Below, in pieces: positions 11,306 to 26,182 of a stretch of DNA of 48,533 nt. Source of the stretch: Catajapyx aquilonaris (lineage: Eukaryota). Location: NCBI GenBank assembly GCA_000934665.2, contig KZ538038.1, positions 124,001-172,533 of the forward strand, written 5' to 3'. How positions within the stretch are numbered: position 1 is the stretch's first letter; each line of letters starts with the position of its first letter. The notes below the pieces were generated by a model. The model was not told the origin of the DNA. It saw nothing but the letters and a program-made list of their open reading frames with translations, and made no database searches. The position numbers and the translations under genes were made by a program.

Positions 11306-14300
11306 AATATATTTAAATATTCTCGTATATTATTCAAGGAGTTGAATTGTTAACGAATTAACTTGTCTGCCTGCGATACTGATCCGCATAATTATTTATT
11401 TCCAAATTTAAACAATGACAATACCTTCTTACGAGCCGACATCATTTGGTTAAGTAAATTTTCTTTTTCCGCAACATGGGGGGGGACTAAAATTGACTTT
11501 TCCTTTTAACCTTTTCAATTTTTGCACAGAAATGGGTTCAATAATGTCCCTGTGAGTGAAAGTGTACGATTTAACTAGTTTTCACGTCGAGAAAAAATGA
11601 TAATTCGCATGCACTTAATGCGCTTCGATTGACGTCCCCAGAGCCAAGACCGCTGCTAATACGCCAATAAGGAAATCAGCGGCGCATTGATAGACCAGAG
11701 GTGCCGTAATATTGGTTTTGTATCGATCTCGCCACCGAAATTTCGTTCCAGGAGATAGGAAGGAGAGAAGAAGAAAAAAATGGCAGCTGCCAAGCCCATC
11801 TCTCAACCCTGCCAAAAGATGGATTCCTTCTTTACTTACACTCTTTTTTTTTTGTTGGTCGTTTCGGGTGAAGCAAACTTCCCCACCAAAAAAAGAGGTC
11901 CGCCATGGTTGCGGAACACCGCATGAACATTACAAAGAAATGAATTTTTGTTGCAAGTGATCCGTCTTTTCTGGCCTCTGCTTTTCCTCACCCGGGACGC
12001 GATTTTACCATTAGTGATCTCCACTCTGTAAATCAATCTTTTTGCCTCAAAAAAAGAGGATTCATCCAGGCGACATGAAATCATCGGGTTTTTTTTCCTT
12101 TTTTTCTCCACCCGATATTGCGTCCCCCCAAAAAATATCGACTGTCAACGACACAACGCATTCTTCGGTTATGCAAGGAGAAAATCATCATTATCATTTC
12201 CTATAAGTGATATAAAAAAATGAGGACACAAAACCATCCATTGTGTCACAAAATCTTATCGGGTGAAATTCATGAACTGCTCGTTTTCTGCGTTTTTATT
12301 GCCCTCTGGAAGGGTCGTAAATTTTATGCGCTCGGTTCGTCGCCGTAAAAAAAAAAAAAATCCTGCTTCATGGAGCACAACAAAACTGATATTCTCGCCC
12401 ATTTTTTGCACATTTTTTGAGTAAACGCCCACCGATTATGCCCAGGGGGTAACAAAAGCTTAGGAACAAGTCAGCTGCACTAAACGAGGTGGGTGTCCAT
12501 AAGTTGAAGCTTTTTTACTATTATTCTCCTTTTCGTATATTGATGGCCAGTAGTTAAAGGAGGAATTTTTTAAAGCTCTTTAAGGCGCATTTGCAATTAT
12601 TATGGGCACATCTCATTCTGCTGAAGAGTTATGGAGTGACCATATCCATGAATCACTTTGCACGACGTAACATGCAACAGTTATGGTCAGTGTGGGATTC
12701 AGTCTGATAACATATTATCAGTTGTTGATCAAACTGCATGCAAATGTTACTAAAATATTAAAAATCTCGCAACTTAACACTGTTAATTAATTCGAGGCCA
12801 GGTTAAATTTCGCAGAATCGAACCATTCAACCGAGGTGATCGATTGCAAAAAAAATTACTTTCATATTTCATGAGTAAAGCCACATCAGGGCAAAACCAA
12901 TCCTTGAACTTACTGTTTGGCCAATTTAACCGCTGAAACTCTAAAAGGTTATGGCAAATTGATCGTGTCAAGCTACGTGAACAGTGGGTTTGCGAATTGT
13001 ATCCACTGACACTGATTAATCCCATGCTATAACCTGAGTGGTTCACTATATGTGCCTGTAAGCAATTACTGAGAAATGCTAGACGGCGCAAATGTTCAGA
13101 ATAAAATTGATATAAATATTACACCAAAAAAAAAAACCTCGAGCACACACACACAGATACAAAATCACCTTGCGCAAAATTCAGCAATAAATCTTAACCC
13201 ACGAAGACCATAAATAACCGGATGAAAACTCACGCGCAAAAAAAAAATGATCCCTCCTTGTAGCAAATAATAACTTTTCATATTTTTTCCCAAAACGATG
13301 ACGTCGCGAATAATACGGGTAATAAATCTCGTCCGGAGATGCGCGCTTCCACAACAGTATGTCCCATTGCGTGCAAACTAATACCGCTACAAGATGAAAT
13401 GTAATTTATTCTCCCTTCCGGCGCATGTATATACAGGACCAGCCGCTCTGGCCTGGAGTCAATATGTTTCTCGCAGTCTCCCGGATTATCTCCGGATCCG
13501 GACCATGTTGTTTGGCCCCGGTCGAACTCATGACTTATGCAGGGATCGTCTCTCAAATGCTATTTTTTTGATCAGGCACAAAAGGTATTATGGCCAACAA
13601 GTCTCCTGCCCAGTCGATTCCTAATACGTCATGAATTATTTACAGCCAGAAAAAAAGAAAATAAAAAGAGAGTACATACGTGTGATGTATGTCTCAACTT
13701 GCCACCGGATTATTATACGGTGTCACTTTTTTTTCCAATTCCAACTGTAATTTTCCAGCCACATCTGGTCATAAATCAATATTCTTGGAAGGTTTCTTCC
13801 ATTTAGATGTAATCTACCCTTCACGTGCCAATAGATTATCTGCAGATTTTGCTTAAAGAATTCGCAGTTCATCAAAGCAGTTTCCTTCTGTTAAAGGCAG
13901 CGCGATATATCACACGCTATTGGCACCTGCTATTCCGCCAATTGTTATTGACGTTTTAAAATGCGCTTTTTTTCCCCCCTGCAGGCTTGTGAGAGACTAT
14001 CCAAAGGTACTCTATTGCAATTTTTTATCCTATCTTAGGTCCCAAGGCAGCCTGATATCATTTTGCAAAAGTTCATCATTTCCAACCATGCCCTCACGTT
14101 TTCCTTTCAGATTTTGTTCAGGGAAAATCTTTATTTTACAGACCATTTTGGGCAAATCTGTATCCTTATTGTCGAGAGCAAACCTTGCGTCACTCTTGCG
14201 CAGTGGAAAGCCTAACTGCCAGGCGCTCTTTTCCACACAAGACTAATAAGCGGGAATGAAATTGAAAAAAAAATGCAATGAAAAAACTTTTCCATTCAAT

Positions 14301-17300
14301 CAGAATTCCCTGCCGAATTCCTGTTACTCACGATATACTACGGACTCCCAAAGTTTGGCACAAAAAAAAAATATTTTCACGCAAGTTCACTGCAGTCCAA
14401 GAAGAGTCATAGCACCGTAACTGCATCCACTTTATGGTGGCATCCAAGGCACGAAATGTCTCAGACGACCTTAATATATTTTTGCAAACCGGAAGAATGT
14501 CGCCAACTTCTGCCGGGTACAGCTTGTGCGACCGTAATTTTAGCATTTTAGGTCTAAACCGCCCCCCGTCGCAGTGCATCCGGTTTCTCAACAAAACAAG
14601 GCGTCGCACACCAGTTTTGCCTTGCACTAAGGAAATATGCGTATGTCATTTCAACACGGGAAATCCAAATGTTACATATATACATAAAGGGAAATGTGGG
14701 CGAGTCCTCCTGGGGTAATGGCTTACATTCAAAAGTACAGGCTGGTTATTTTAGACAAATGTATTAAAATAATAATTCGCTCGAGTGTGTAGAATAAGAA
14801 GTAGGTACAGTACTACATCGTCAAAAGCTGGAATTAATGTTGACAGTAGGCGTAAGTAGATACCCTTTTTTTCTTTTCACTACAGTAAGTGTAAAAACGA
14901 CCAGGATTCAGTACACTGCATTAAAAGCCCTATCTTTTAAAAAAACCCGTGACGATTAGAAACCTTTCCGCGTGACAACCTCTCGAACCCACAAACTCCA
15001 AGCAATTTAATTTACTCAACCAGGCGGCAAACAACAAAAGAAATTGAATGGGAGGGGAAATAACACAATCAGATCCGCGTCACTTGTCGCCGTGATACCG
15101 GAGTCGCTGGAACCCAAACGAGTTAAATGAATTACCGGCAACAATTTTTCACCATTTCTGCCACAGCCAGTGCTCCAGATCGAATTGTGTGTGCTGTGCA
15201 GCGTGTGTGGCGCGCCAGGGAATCTTTTTGCCAGGATTTCCCCCCAATGATGTGAGCGTTCGTGCAAGTGTTCTGTGAACTCGCCAGCCGATACAGGGAA
15301 GGCCGTGAAATACTAGCAAAGAACCGACACCATGAAGAAAATGTTGCCGAAGTGTGGAAACACGAAAAGGTTGGGTTCATCCAATTAAAAGAAAAATTTG
15401 CATTTCATTTTCTGCTTGATATTTGTGCCGACCAGACTCTTTATTTCCCTATGCCCTTTCTGGCCACCCAAGTTTTCTCGACGCCTGAGCTTGTTATGGA
15501 TTCGGTGGAGGAAACGATTTCTGCTCCGATAAAAGATGGAAGTCCATTTCTTCAGGTTTCTTTTTGATTCGTCCGCCATGTCCGCTGAGTGGACCTCCCA
15601 CCTCACCTTGCCCTCGACTTACAAAAAAAAAAAAAAAAAAAAAAGTCCGGGTCCTTTTCACCTTTGGCTCTTTTCAAGTGGCAAAATGAAGCTTTCTGCT
15701 CGAAACGGACAATGGGAACCGGCGCCGGTCAGCACTGGCCCTGAATTTACACGTGCACGTAGATCGGATTCAGGACAAGTAGTCTCGACTGTATGGTAAG
15801 CAAACATTTTTTATTGACAAAAGTAGATACACTTGTCGCCTAGTAAAAGGATTCGAGAAATTCGAGAAAAGAAAATATTATTTTGTAACAAACAAGATAT
15901 ATCCAGTGTGTGTCGATTGACTTGTCAATTGCACTTGCATTCAATTTCAGTTACTTTTAGGATTGTCAAAAACATTCGCGTATTGTGACTATGTAATACA
16001 GACTTGTCCTTTTAAAGAACTCCGGCCGGATGTAGCCTGAAAAAAATTGGTTCAAATACCCATAGGTCAAATGTCACAAACTCGAAAATTAAATGCGACC
16101 CAGAGCCTTTTAAATCTATTACTTTATTAGCACCTAACATTTACAGCTCCTGAAAATGTTTGTTGAAAAATAGAGGCTTTAATGTGATTTTTTTTAAACA
16201 CCTTCGGGCACTTCATCTGTCACATACACTGTGTACAGATATTCAGGAATTTCCTAACTTGAACAATTATTCGAGAGTTTTATCATATTTTTCAAATTAC
16301 ACAAATGTTACAAATACTTGCATATTCTGATTACATTGGCTATGAACCCTTATGAAGGCAACCATAACAATTGTGCTACGCTGCAGTAAAATAATAACTT
16401 TCCAACATTGTTCAGCTAAAATGTTTATTTCCAGAGCTTTCTGCCATTGCATATTTTTAATTTTGCCAAAAAGGCTCCCAAGCAAATAAAAATTTGCACC
16501 ACACTTGTTTGCTCTGCTGTAGAAATCCTCACATGAAGCGTGATCGGCGTGTTGTATTTTTTTAAATGCATTTCCATAACTTACATGGCAACATGATTTT
16601 GCGCGCCGCTTGCGTCACGCAAATTGTTCCCCGCCGCCATCCGTCTACAGCATTAAAGCACATTGCACACTCATTTTTAATCCTCAACCATCCCAGTTAT
16701 CGACAGAATAAACTTTACCCGCCAGTAATTGCGCGACAGTGCAAAAAAAACGACACATTCGCAACATTTTAGGACACTTCCGATGCAATTAAAGGGAGCC
16801 CGGTCACTGTGGTCCTAACACCAGTTGATGGAGACGTGACGTTTTGCAAACCTCCACGTCCCAATTATGGTCGCGCCAATAATTCGCAATTAGTCAAAAA
16901 AACACAAAGCTTGCAACCTTGCACCAAAAACAAAAAAATGCGCCATCAGAAAGCTATTGAAAAATACCAACAATAAGCAGGATTTTCGCACGCGAATTCT
17001 GCCCCCTCTTTTTTTCAAAAAAAAAGAGTGACAAAAGCCAATTTTTTTGGTTGTCAACACCCCCCCTGACTGTACTATAGTCGGACAGTGACACGTTAAT
17101 TGAAATTCCGGACCAGTCAGCTAACTGCCATGAGACGACAGGCGGAGGAAATTCCTGTTGGCATATCTCAACACCCATCTCTCTACAGCTATGCATGAAG
17201 CATCCCTCTGCTTTTATTCCGAAACAGGGTGGGCCATACATGCCACCATGGGGTGAAAAGGCGCAAAAAGGAGGAATTTCTAATTAATGCTCCCCCCTCT

Positions 17301-17938
17301 TCACTCTTTTCTACAAATAAAAAAAAGGCTCGTACATTTATTTTGGCCACCCGAAACAACACTTCCGATTCAGCAACACTAGAACCGGAAAACCTGTTGT
17401 ATCCGAGTTTTTTTTTTGCACAACACTGCAAGGTGACCTGCGCAGAATAGCTGGAAAATATTTTGCATGCAAATTGCGTTTTTTGCGCGATTTTTTTGTG
17501 CAAATTCGGGACACGTGCATTTCCGGGAGGCAATTTGGCTTTCCAGTTCTAAAGCCAAGGTGGCAGTCTCGTCGCGCTCAAACCATTTAATTAGGGTAAT
17601 CTAAGTGCTGAGGTAAAGTGTAGGTGTGTAATGGATTAGTAAACAAAGGTTGGGTTCGGAGTTGGGTGGGGAAGGGTAATTACCGCAATGCAACCCTAAA
17701 ACTGTTCGCTAAATTTGATGGAACGTAGGTTGCGTCTCTCCTGCAGAACACTCAAGATAATAGTTATTGGCACCATGCACTATGAAAGGCAACAAAGGTT
17801 CTGTCACTTTAGGTAATAGGTACTCTCAATTACAATGTTTTTTTTTTACAAGTCAAGTACGGGCATTATTTTACTGCAAATGTCCCAGCAGAACCCGCTG
17901 CCACATTTGGCAACACTGCCAGGTAGTATGATATGCCA

Positions 17939-17989
17939 CAACCAGATGGCGCGCTTTCTTACTCTCTGCACGCTACTGCCACCTAGTGG
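17939..17989. promoter_or_regulatory. Convergent pair of CTCF-type motifs
   Basis: CAACCAGATGGCGC (+, 17939-17952) and CCACTAGGTGGCAG (-, 17976-17989). Confidence 0.45.
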
Positions 17990-20900
17990 TAACTGTGGCA
18001 ACTACATGCACTTAGGTGATGAGTCAACGCATATATGGACAACACGTCAAGCCAATTCTATTAATGATGATTGTCTTTTACACCCATATTTTGTATGTAT
18101 CACAAATGGCTTTAAACCCAACCGTCATCTGAGCAATTTTCGCTCGCCAAAAAAGGTGCCTCTTTGCAAAATACACGGCTTTTGCAGAAAAGGGTCACTT
18201 GAACGGGGGTATTGGCGGATATTCCACACTCCACGTAATGAAGCCTGAAAGCAGCAGGGGGTAGCAGGCTGTGTCAAATTGGAACACATTTTACATGGGG
18301 TTGGGCCCGTAAAATCCGGGCTCCCGAATTGCAGTAGCTCGGCCAGGAACGACAACTGGGCTCATTTCCGTCTTATACAATTATTGTAAAAAGGGGCCGG
18401 TTGGCATGAACAATCCTCACCTCTTCTCTGCTCACAGCCTCTCTGTTACATTTGGACCAGTTGGGAGAAGGGCAGTACAAACCATCGCCGGATAACACTT
18501 TGCCCGAATTGGTTCCAGTGCCCGATGTAATTGTGCCCACGAAAATGTTGGGAGCCAAAAAAATATATGCTTATGGAGATAACTTGCAGGGGGTCCGACA
18601 CAATGGACAACCACATTTGACATACACACACAAAAAAGTTCCCAACATCAACTGAATTTCGCAAACGAAGATGCTCCATTTTTTGTATTGCAGTTTTTTT
18701 TTCCAGAAATTGCATGCGGGCCTCTGCATGGTCAAATTAAACTTAAAATCCCTTCCAGCGAGCGACCCAAGCATGGGCGGTGTATCCTTTAAGCCTACAA
18801 AGCAAATATGCTTGTGGGTTCTTACAAGTCGCAAATATTAGCTCTTAAAAGGCCACTGTAGTTATATTTAAACAGCTTTTTTTAAATAGGGATCAAGTGT
18901 CAGTCTAGTTGACATCCCCCTGGAGGCATACGGATGGCTGGATTTTATATTACTGGTGCTGTTAGTTCAGGGCTATTAATACTGTACAGTGTACAGTCAT
19001 TCCATCCCGAAAAAAACTAATTACGTTTTTTTTTTGACGTACTATTTATTTAAACCGCAAGTTTGTTCTCTTGCAAATTACAACCAAGATGGAAAACAAT
19101 TTGCAATAAAATATTGAAAAATTCATATTGATATTAAACCCTTGCTACTATTTTTGGCAACGCTTTCTGCGAAAACCACTTTGTAGGGCCAACCTTGTAA
19201 TGAGCAAAAGATTACACCGCAAAATCATAGCTGCAGAGTGTTCAAAAAGTGTCCAAATTGCGATTTTACCTAACTTTAAGTCGCACTTTATACTGTAGGT
19301 TCGGAAAAGTGATTAGTTTTGTGGAGCACCCCTTCTTCTATGCATACATTGACCTATTTAATTTATCACGTTACACAAAAATCTGTAACACTTTACGTGC
19401 CAAATTTTCAGCGATTTTGCCACTGCTGGAAAAGTTGGGAAAAGCAATACTACTTTTCTTCTGGAATTCAACATCTGCCTCATCGACAACCAGTCATTTT
19501 GTGATTATTGTATCAGTTACATCTTTTTTTCCGAAGCAAACATTTCCATTAAGCCATTTAACAGGTCTGTTTTCGTGACTGTCCAACGACATGATTCGAG
19601 GTCAAGTTGGAATCTCTAACTCTGAATGACCATCACATGTATATACATCACTCCAGCGGTTGCAAATGTCGCGGTTCCGTGAGCAATGATAATGGCCAAA
19701 CCCTGGGAAAACAAACGGTCTATTCGCCCCGGGGACAGATGAAATTAGAAACTAAGAGCGGTCTGACAATAATCGCAACAAAATGCTATGCTAATGTCAC
19801 AGATTCGCACATTTTCCGACGTCCAGCAGCAGAAACTAGAAATTTTTTTAAAAAAAAACTAATCCCGCGGAAATGTTTGGCTCAAAGTGACAATTTGATC
19901 GCTCGCAATGTCATCCCCAGCCGGATATCACCCGGACTTTTCTCACAGCAGACATCCGCACTTTGTCTCTGGAAAGTCAGGAAAAAATGTTTGAGGCTTT
20001 TTGTGTGTGTGTGTGTGTGTTTGGCCCTCTTCTTACTACAACACTCCCCAATCACTGCCCTACTCTTTTTTTTATCCCTCAGAAGATGCCTTTGTTTGGC
20101 GATACCTACTACAACTCTCCAGCCTACAGCAGACACGGGAGTATCATTTAACATCCGGGCAGAGACAAATGGATCTGGCCAGAGTTCCATTACGCTCAAG
20201 AGAAAAATACAGGTTGGAGCAATTGGAGGATGAATTCCCAGAGATTATTCAATTAAAGCGGGAGAAAAAACGTTCACTAACCGCCGGAATGTTGCCTTTT
20301 ACAACACAGAAAAAAAATAATGTACAGCTAACATAATTCTGCAAACATCCACAGACATTATTCTGCTCTTAGCCTATACTGCCTGACCCATTCAATTGCT
20401 CAATGACTGCGAGTGTTTCCTCTAGGAATTGAAAGAAAGAAGAAAAAAATGTCCGAGTTGCAAATAATAAATGGAGCACACAGATTTCGGGGGTCCTTGA
20501 GAGTCCAACCGATAATTCTTTACCCGCAAAGGCCCCATAAGATTTCCAGGAATGTCTTTTGGTCCAAACCCAATGGGCTCAAAGAAGCTCTTGGGTTGTA
20601 TCGATGGAGGAACAGAAAAGGAGGAAACACTTTGCAGAAACTAGGAGAACAAAGGCTGTGCTACCATCCAATATCATTAGGTATTTTTTTGCAGGGGCCA
20701 TCAATTACATGTTTCAGAGCTAAGTCCCACGATGTTACATATTGTCACGCGAAATTCCTAAGAGGATTTCTATAGATATTTGGTTGTTTCCTGAAGAAAA
20801 AAAAGATGCAGTGGAAATAGCCTCAGAAGTTTTCCCTCTGCGCTCGTGAAGTGCAGCACCCTGTACTTATTGCGCTGCTTCTAACTGGCTAAAAACACTC

Positions 20901-23900
20901 CTTGTGCACACATTAAAATTCACTTAGTTGTAATTCGAGTATAACGCTCCAACGGAGAGCGCAAGCCCGCGCAAAACTCCAACATAAACTCAGAATCGGA
21001 TGAGCCGCAGCGTGAAGGTAAATGGCATAACTAGAAACTCTCACACCAGTTTTTTCCTCGCCCAAAAGATGTATGCTAATATGTACTCCCAACTTTTTGC
21101 CCCTTCCCTAAAAAAAGTTGAACGCTCCAGTGGCATCCATCACTGCTGGAGAAGACATTAAAAAATCCTTTCCAAAAAGGGGCAAGCTGGAAGTTGCATC
21201 TGCGTGCTAGTTAATTTGCCAACAATAATTCCGACCCCCTTTTCCTTGGGGGGCATTAATCTGCAAAGTTTTCTCTTTTTTTTCCTTTTCCGCCTCCTAC
21301 ACACACTTTGTTACTTTCTCCTGGAAAAGCCCCGCGAGAGGAAACAAGAGGGGGGGTCGGTCTTCACTAAGTCGCTCGCTACCAGCCTCTTTTGTCAGGC
21401 GACAAAACGAGACAAGGAAAAGGTCAGAAGGGTAAAAGGCAGCAACCCAACAATGGCCGATGCCATTAAACTAATGGCCATGCGCGACTCTCTGGTCTCA
21501 TGAAATTGAAATCCCATCGAGAAAAGGCGACTCATTTTAATGGGCTCGAAACCAGCAAACATGCACATGCCGCAATTAGTCCAATTCCTATATGAGCTGT
21601 ACTTAATGATATTGCGCTTCAATTATTGTCAAACTATGCGACTCTGCTTGAGGCACATAAAAATTAACATTGCCAAATTTTCTCCTCCTTGTTTTTCAGA
21701 ATGATTGCAGGATTCCACGAAAATATGTCCATCAATTTTTTTCGCTTCCAACAGATGTGGGGACATTTTTCGCGAGTAAATCCGGGTTGGTGCAATAAAA
21801 GTGCATGGTCCCTTCAAAAAAATTTGTCAACCGCCAAAGCGCACAGGCAGCTCTCTCGTGCTATTTTTTTAAAAAAAATCCCTCTCTTTTTTTTAAAAAT
21901 CCCTGGAGTATATACGGTAATGTCACTTTCATATCCCGGGCAAATGTTTGTATTCCTATTTGTCATCATTTGTGTGCTGTCCCCGCAAAACGCTCATCGA
22001 TGCTTTTTGGCCCAACATTTATGTGTGTGCCAACTCGCGCTGGTTTCACAAACTGATGCTACCCTCGCTTCTAAAATACCCGTTTGCAAAAATCTAATTA
22101 CCTTGTTTCCCTGCCCACCGCCCCCGCATATATGCATTGACGTTTCATGACTGAATCAGACAGTACACTCTTATAGTGGGGTACTTAATGCAAAAAAGTG
22201 TCCGCATCCTACATTTTCAAAATAATCGCGCAATTCTGGCAGGAATCGCAGAATGTGTATATGGAATGCAGTTTTTAACCTCAGGCATAAATCGCAATAA
22301 AGTGACAGCGCAATAGAAAGCAGCACTCTCATTTAAGCCACTTCCTGAAACGTGGCAAATTAAATCCATAACACCGGGGGGAAAAGCTTCCTGATGATGA
22401 AAACCGGGATAATAATTGCGGTCTGTAATTCTGCGTTTTTTTCCCCGCATATTCCGAATCCGAATTGCAGAGTAATACTGTGCAAATTTTTTTTTGTTCA
22501 AATACCTGGATAGAAAAGCTTGTGCATCCCTAAAAATCTGTTTGTTGAGTCCTGTTATTCGCAAATTGAAGGCTCGACCAAACATGTGCAGTTTAGGGAA
22601 GGCAAAATGTTTGGGCAACACTTGCAAGCTAGTGCAGTTTGTTTAGACTAGGCGGCGCCGGAATTAGGCCAAGGGACGAAAAATCAACAAAAAACCGGTC
22701 CAGCACACAGCATCTCTCTCACTATAGATAACAAACAAACACCTGCTTTTTTGCAGCCCACAAGTGCATCATAATGAGAGAAAAAAACGTTTAAAATGTA
22801 AACATTCCATGCCGCGTATGACCTGCAAGGTTCTTTCATGTGAAAGTAAGTTCACCTTATTTTTTGGCAGCATGTTTTCATTATACGAGCATCTCACCTC
22901 GTCTCAGCATCCGCCCCGGTGAATCAATTTCGGCCTCTAATTTTATTCATACCCAAGTCTCGTAGATCACTCATGCATGACTTTGTAGTAAGCTACCTGG
23001 AAAATTAAACACAGGCCCGAGCTCTTGTTTTTTTTTTTTTAAATAATTCTCCAGCTTACAAAAGTGTTCACGCCTCGTTTTCTGCACAGTGCAACAATGC
23101 AAGAAAAGCAGACAATATTCGGAGAGGGTGTGATAATGTACGTATAGGGAGTTTCTTTTCATGCCTTCTTTTTTGCGGAGATAGCACAACCCTACATTAC
23201 ATTTTCTATCTGGGTGAGAGAGCATGTCCCTGGAACTGACAACCAGATCGATTTTAGGACAGCAATGCAATTTTCTCCGCTTCTGGAAAACACTGTACGA
23301 CCTGCATCGCTGTCGCAGGTACCGGTCGACACGCCTTTTAAAATATCCCGACTCGACTTCTGCTCCGGAGCGCTGAATAACTCCAGTCACAATCAGTTAT
23401 TAAATTCTGGTTATATCATATACACACACAGTAGACTGCTATAATCGTGTGTTGGCTTTAAGAAATTGCAGTCACGCCCAAAGTGTGCACTACATCAAGC
23501 TGTATCTTGACCTCCATAAAAAGGCTGCTTCCTCCAAGGTTATGCAGCAATAAGAAAAGAGGTCCCTCAGCATCTGGTGTCTTGGCACAGTAAACCATCT
23601 TCCAGACCGTTACACTGGACATTGCAGTCCGGAAATGAAAATATATGCTGCTCTTGGCACTATAGCAGGACTTCCCCGCTTGCTGCCTCTTTTTATAGCT
23701 GTCCTATACCAGTTTATTCAGGGACATGAGCAATTGCTGCACTCTGCCATTTTACCTTTAAATGTCAGGGAAAAGCTGCGGATCCTTTACTTTGATTCCA
23801 ATCAGGTTTCGCAATTTTTGCACTTTTCCTGTAACAAATCCAATGTGTAAAACCAGCAATGTAGGTTGTTTTCCCTTAGAAGTAATATTATCAGGAGGCT

Positions 23901-26107
23901 TCCAACTTCACACAGGAAACAGGAAATTCTATTCAGCCTCCCCTCAAAAATTGAGACCTGATTTTTTTTAAAAAATGTCTTCCTACTCTGATGCAACCGC
24001 ATATTATTTTTAGATCAGAAAGGACAAACACGTGAAATAATTTATCCTCCGCACTTTACGCTTAAAACTCGTTTCCGCATAGGAATTTTGCTTATTTGCA
24101 TGCACAGGGACCCGAGTAAACCTCGGTATCGCTCCGGATAAAACGCCAGCTTAAGTGCTAATGCAATTTTAATTTCATACAGCAACAGGCGATGCCCTGT
24201 GTGAACACTAGGTATCCCAGTTCGTTACAGTTCAAAATCCGCGAACATGCATCTGTTTTGTGCATCATATTACACCGTACAGGGTGAATCAGAAATAATC
24301 TGAATTTGCCCAAAAACAAGCTGAAAAACCTCTCAAAATTATGACTCGCCCTGTGATTTCGACCGTAAAAAAACACTCGTAAATTCACTTTCAAACTTAA
24401 AATTTATACGTTCCTTGCAATGGAAGTTTTTTTTTTGGCAGCAGTTGCGAGTGCAAACGATGATAAATTCGGTAATCATAACAAAGCTCGTGGGATCGGG
24501 TTGGCATGATCCCGTGACGTGAGCGGTTATCCGGGGGAGGGCATCCGGAGGGGGTATATATATTTCGTCGCATCCCGGAGAACAACCCCGGAATTTCTGC
24601 CTTTAATCCTCTTAGGCAAAGAGAGACACGCGGGAGGAAAAGCAGCAGCCCCAGATATATACATACTCCGGACTGATGATTCAATAATTCAGCAGAGGAT
24701 TTAGGCCCTTTGCCGGCCCCTCCTCACCGGATTTTCGGGTGGGATTCATATCTGCCCGGTTGGAAAACGCTTTCAAGGAAATCGCAGGAAAGTAATTAAC
24801 GTTTCGCAACACGCTCAAAATATTCCGGCTCCGGATTACACTTGGAAGGCGAATGCAACACAATGCAACTCGGCATACACACAAAACAGTGAACGAAAAA
24901 AAAGACACGGGTAACAGATGCGTGTGCAGGTTTAATTTATGGTCGCCGTTGATTAATGGAATGTGAACATGGTCACGTGCTTTAATTTTTTCGCCTCCTG
25001 ATATCCCCATATGGCTAAAGGGACATTTCGATTGGCTTTCGGAGGTTTTTAAAACCGCTGTGGGGACAACTAGATAATCCCATAGTCAGATAACTATGAC
25101 CTCTCGGGTCCAACGCAGTTTGTTTAAAAAAAATCATTATCACACCTATGATGACTCATGACGCACTACACTTTTTTCCAATTTGATAACACGTATCAGG
25201 CTAACACAATCCAAACAAAAAAAACCAGCTGGAAATATTTGACGCGTTGATACAATGTAGCACACCTTGGGGGCACGTGCACCACTTACAAAAGCACGAC
25301 GTAGTGGTTGGAAAACGATATTATTCCGAACTACAAGAGACGAGAGCAATTTGGTAATTAGCATCATCGAAACAGATCGTTTTGGCCCGAGAGAGTTCTC
25401 TCTCTATATATGGAAGTGAAGCCTCATTATGATAAATTCATTCCACTGCGGCAGAACACAAGACTTGATTCGATCAGCCATATAACCCACAGATATCGCC
25501 ACCGACCAGGCAGCACAAAACAACTAATTGGGATCCTTTTTCATTACTCTTTTTTTTTTTTTAATGCAAAGATTAATTCCAACACATGGCATCCTCTAAT
25601 CCCTTCCATAACTCTATCAGATGATAATGTGCTGCAGACTAATCCTGCCGCCCCTTGTTCAGACCCAACTTACCTCATGATCATCACCACCATAATTTTG
25701 ATCCGTTTTCAACGGGCCCCGCTTTTATTAAAGATCCTATATACGACGCGTATCCAACCTGGCGCAACACCATCTTTTTCTCAAGACTTGTCTCTTCAAA
25801 ATTCGAAGAGGATAATTAAGGATGCAGTTACCCTTAGCACCTTAAGAAAATAACGCTAGGCAAGCATCAGGGAAGGATAATCAAGAGACGCCTAATTAAG
25901 TATGGGTAAAGAGGCTCTGTTTTCGCAGCTTAACTTATTCAGCAAGTGTCTTCCCACCGTGTTATAATAAGCATGTCTCTGATTCTGCGAAGCGGACAGA
26001 AAATGCGAAATCTTTGTTGATTTTGGTCTAATCCACCAGTGGTTACATAACACAGATTAATAGTGATGCCTGAAACTTCCAAGCGTACTTAACCCACTTA
26101 GCAGATG

Positions 26108-26108
<1 letters not shown>

Positions 26109-26182
<74 letters not shown>
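26109..26182. repeat. (ATT)24 microsatellite
   Basis: Perfect trinucleotide run of 74 nt. Confidence 0.97.

Noticed and set aside
23455..23700. Minus-strand TATAAAA followed by a ~54-aa small ORF or Cys-rich transposase relic
   Set aside because: No recognisable homology or coding bias; such motifs are expected by chance in 30 kb
272..24290. Scattered TACAGGGTG/CACCCTGTA mariner-like termini (~272, 2351, 9096, 9698, 20858, 24278)
   Set aside because: They could not be paired into elements with matching extended TIRs; at most isolated relics
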